From: Haliotis rufescens
Taxonomy: Eukaryota
Reading direction: 5' to 3'
Length of the DNA: 64,000 nt
Assembly (NCBI RefSeq): GCF_023055435.1
Contig: NW_025963891.1
Location: forward strand, 5,828,001-5,892,000
The translations under genes and the position numbers were made by a program. This document shows, piece by piece, positions 61,263 to 64,000 of this stretch. The notes under the pieces are model-generated. The model saw nothing but the letters and a program-made list of their open reading frames with translations, ran no database searches and was not told the origin of the DNA. Position 1 is the first letter of the stretch. Every line of letters starts with the position of its first letter.

Positions 61263-62869
61263 CTAATACGTCAAGCAGAGTGTAAATGATCTGACGTTGA
61301 AGAGATTTCATTGGAAGTGACGCTAAAGGGTGGTGATGAATCGGGTTCCTTTGTCAGAAGACTTGACAACATTCATAAGACTAATTCCTCAAGGCGCGGA
61401 ACTGTATACTTCTTTCTGACGTACTTGTCAGTTAAAATGCGATCAATACAGAATCGTCACTGAATCCGTGTGTATGTTACAGTTGACCTTACTCTTCAAG
61501 ATCAGCCAAGTTTACGAACGTCACTGGGGGTGCGGGATATCTATACATACATTTGCATAAAAAGACAAATGGCGTCTCACTCACGCTGAATGAGAAATAT
61601 TTCAAATCTACCTATTCAAGAAACAAAACAGAATGCGAAAGTTGTCACCCATATTGTCTTTGTGCCTATCCATGGCGTCTACAGGCATGACTGAAACATG
61701 TTGCTCCTAGGTGGAAATTCTCCCTGATGATGGCGTTACAAGTAATTTTGCGTTGAATATGGAAGGAATTGAGAATGAGTAGATTGTGGTATTTGTTATT
61801 TAGAAAAATGAATACTTCAGATGGTGGCTGCAGGGATTTTGCTTTGGGGGACCTTCCCGATGCCAAGATTCTATAACTAAGTACTACCGGAAATACTCAG
61901 TTTGTAATTACGAATTTTAGGGCTATGAAAATAGCATCAAAATAACGCAAATCTACCTAATCTAGCCTATCTTAACAGACACTGTGAGAAGCCGAAAATG
62001 TACTTTTACAGGTAAAATTGTGATAAAGTTAGAATATATTCGTGTGTTGTCATGCTTGTATGAAACGGCCTAAAAGCCTGAGGTAATTACCTGACACCTT
62101 TCCCGAGATGATAACCACACTGGCCCGTGCATTCTCACAGGTGCAAATGTCACCTGCGTTGGGGGTGGTCTCAAAATATTGCTGTTATTGTAGTTTTTTA
62201 GATATGTGTTGACAGGAGTAAGACATGTACTGCCTTATATTTGCTTGGAAAATAGTATGGGATAGTTAAAAGCTATGAAACGGGATTTTTTAATCAAGAC
62301 GTATTTGTTGTTCTACAGATGATTCCTTTAGCCAACAATGACGTATCTGAATCGGTTTTATCACCCAAAGGTATAACTGGTGCAACAAGGCTGATCCCGC
62401 CGTCACGGTGGCGGTACTGATGTTCTACTTCCAAGAACATGATCGTCAGCCTTTGGTCATTCCTCTGGTGTGATTCTAGCAAAGGCTGCGTTGATCAACC
62501 CTTTGACGTGTGCGAGTCTTGAATGTTGTGTTGTCTTGCCACGAACCCTTAACAGTTAAGTCAGTTGTGTTTTGGAGACGATCCCTCCCTTCTTTGCGTT
62601 ATAGCCTGGACTTGTTGGTATGAAAGCCCCAGGGCTTGTGCAGTTCGGTAATACACTGAACATATAAATGGTACCCCACTTTCTGTTTAAAGTGTAAAGA
62701 ACTTGTATACATTTCTTACTACAGACACAGTTTCCTGTACTATGGCCACCATGCACATGTAATGCAACATGCATCATGGAAGCAGTGTTCACAAAACAAA
62801 TGCAGCGACATATTGTTATTTACTAAAATGCACATCACTTTTTCCCCGCCAATTGTACTTGTTTTTGTT

Positions 62870-62893
62870 TGTGTGTGTGTGTGTGTGTGTGTG
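62870..62893. repeat. (TG)n microsatellite
   Basis: Direct reading. Confidence 0.9.
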
Positions 62894-64000
62894 GATTAGA
62901 TGTTTTATGACGACTACATTATTATTACTATAACTGAGTCGCATGCGCATGTCTAGTCCGTTTCAGACTTCGCTCATTGGACTATTTTTTAGTAAGAGTT
63001 TTTTCTCCTGAAAAATTGTCGAGGACTCCTTGTGACTGAAATGTGACCATAGGTAGTTTGAATTATCGAGTGACTACCGTTCTATGACATCCGTCTGTGA
63101 AACACCCCATCTTGTTTCAACGGACAGAAAGCTTTTATCTATCGTTTGCAGTTATACTGAATTGTCAATATCTTGAGCAGAAAACATTGGAAGTTTCATA
63201 ATGTTGCTTCGAAACCCCATTTGTGCATCGTTCTGTATAGATATTGGATACACGATAAGGCCCTGCACACCATATACATGTAGGAGTTGAGTGGAGCAGT
63301 CCTTGCTGTACCTCACTTAAGACGTGAGGAAACGGACCTTCAAAATAAGCTGTAATCCCGAAAATGCAGGGTTAGAAACTAACAGTTTTTGTCCGCCAGT
63401 CCTTATAACATCTAGCAAAACCCTTGAAATGGGCAAATTTCTACTAGTCCTTAAAATACCTTTACTATTGGGCAGTTTGTTAAGGACTATAGGACTAGTG
63501 CCAATTTCTAACGCTGAAATGCATTACCCCATCTAAACAAGTCCTCTTGGAAATGGGACGAGTGTTTCCTATTTGCCATAAGCAAGTTTTGTCTGTATTC
63601 ACACTTGCCAAAAAGACAACAAATGATTAGTGAACTATGTGTTTTAGTCGTATCGGCAATATTTCTGCCATATCGTGAGTTTAGTTCTAACCCTGCTTAA
63701 TGACCAAGTTCCATGGTCACCTTTTGATATTCCTCCACCAGAATCACAAATTATTTCATATCATTCGCGATTCTGGGTTACAATAGATCCCCAACAATTT
63801 ATGCTGTAAACAAATGGTCGGGTGGTAAGGCTAACTTCGTTGAATTTATGTCACTGTATTTTTCGACAGTGATTTTTTCTGGCCAGATCCCAAATATCCT
63901 TAAGACATGGTTATTTGAAAACAAAAGAATGTCTGATAAAAAATTGATAAAAATCATGAAAATGTAGGTCCTGATGCTAATCATCTGATACAACTCCCTG

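Larger units (their letters stand above)
60557..64000. repeat. Segmental duplicate of 33162-36815
   Basis: Colinear high similarity to the window edge, with indels (family-3 SINE gained, part of the transposase relic lost). Confidence 0.9.

Noticed and set aside
63367-63516. Possible hAT MITE (CAGGGTTAGAAA...TTTCTAACGCTG)
   Set aside because: A short inverted repeat is present but there is no convincing 8-bp TSD.

Overview
Eukaryotic, intron-rich animal DNA. The SINE families (Meta-domain and V-like) point to a lophotrochozoan, probably a mollusc; this is inference. The window is dominated by a tandem array of six 8-coding-exon acid-lipase genes (LIPA/LIPF family; HGL oxyanion motif, GHSQG Ser, Asp and His of the triad), all on the + strand, in three types ordered A1-A2-B1-A3-B2-C. 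Five reconstruct to intact 399-aa ORFs; C has a +1 frameshift in a C-run in its signal-peptide exon. Two 5'-truncated, unprocessed histone H2A.Z fragments lie on the - strand just upstream of A2 and A3. They mark the breakpoint of a tandem triplication of an ancestral A-B-C-H2A.Z block, later trimmed by a microhomology deletion and a SINE-SINE recombination. The first 8 kb is a transposon nest. It holds a P-like long-TIR element with convergent relics of a PIF1-type helicase and a winged-helix/Cys-rich protein, a pogo-type transposase hit by a SINE in its catalytic Asp codon, and MITEs. Other notable features: minisatellites built from the exon-6 splice donor in two lipase types, GC-AG introns at different positions in different paralogs, exon-restricted gene conversion sparing the lid exon, and a short retroposon with a structured, non-tRNA head. 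Two 132-N gaps at homologous positions mean copy number needs confirming. Exon coordinates were read by eye.
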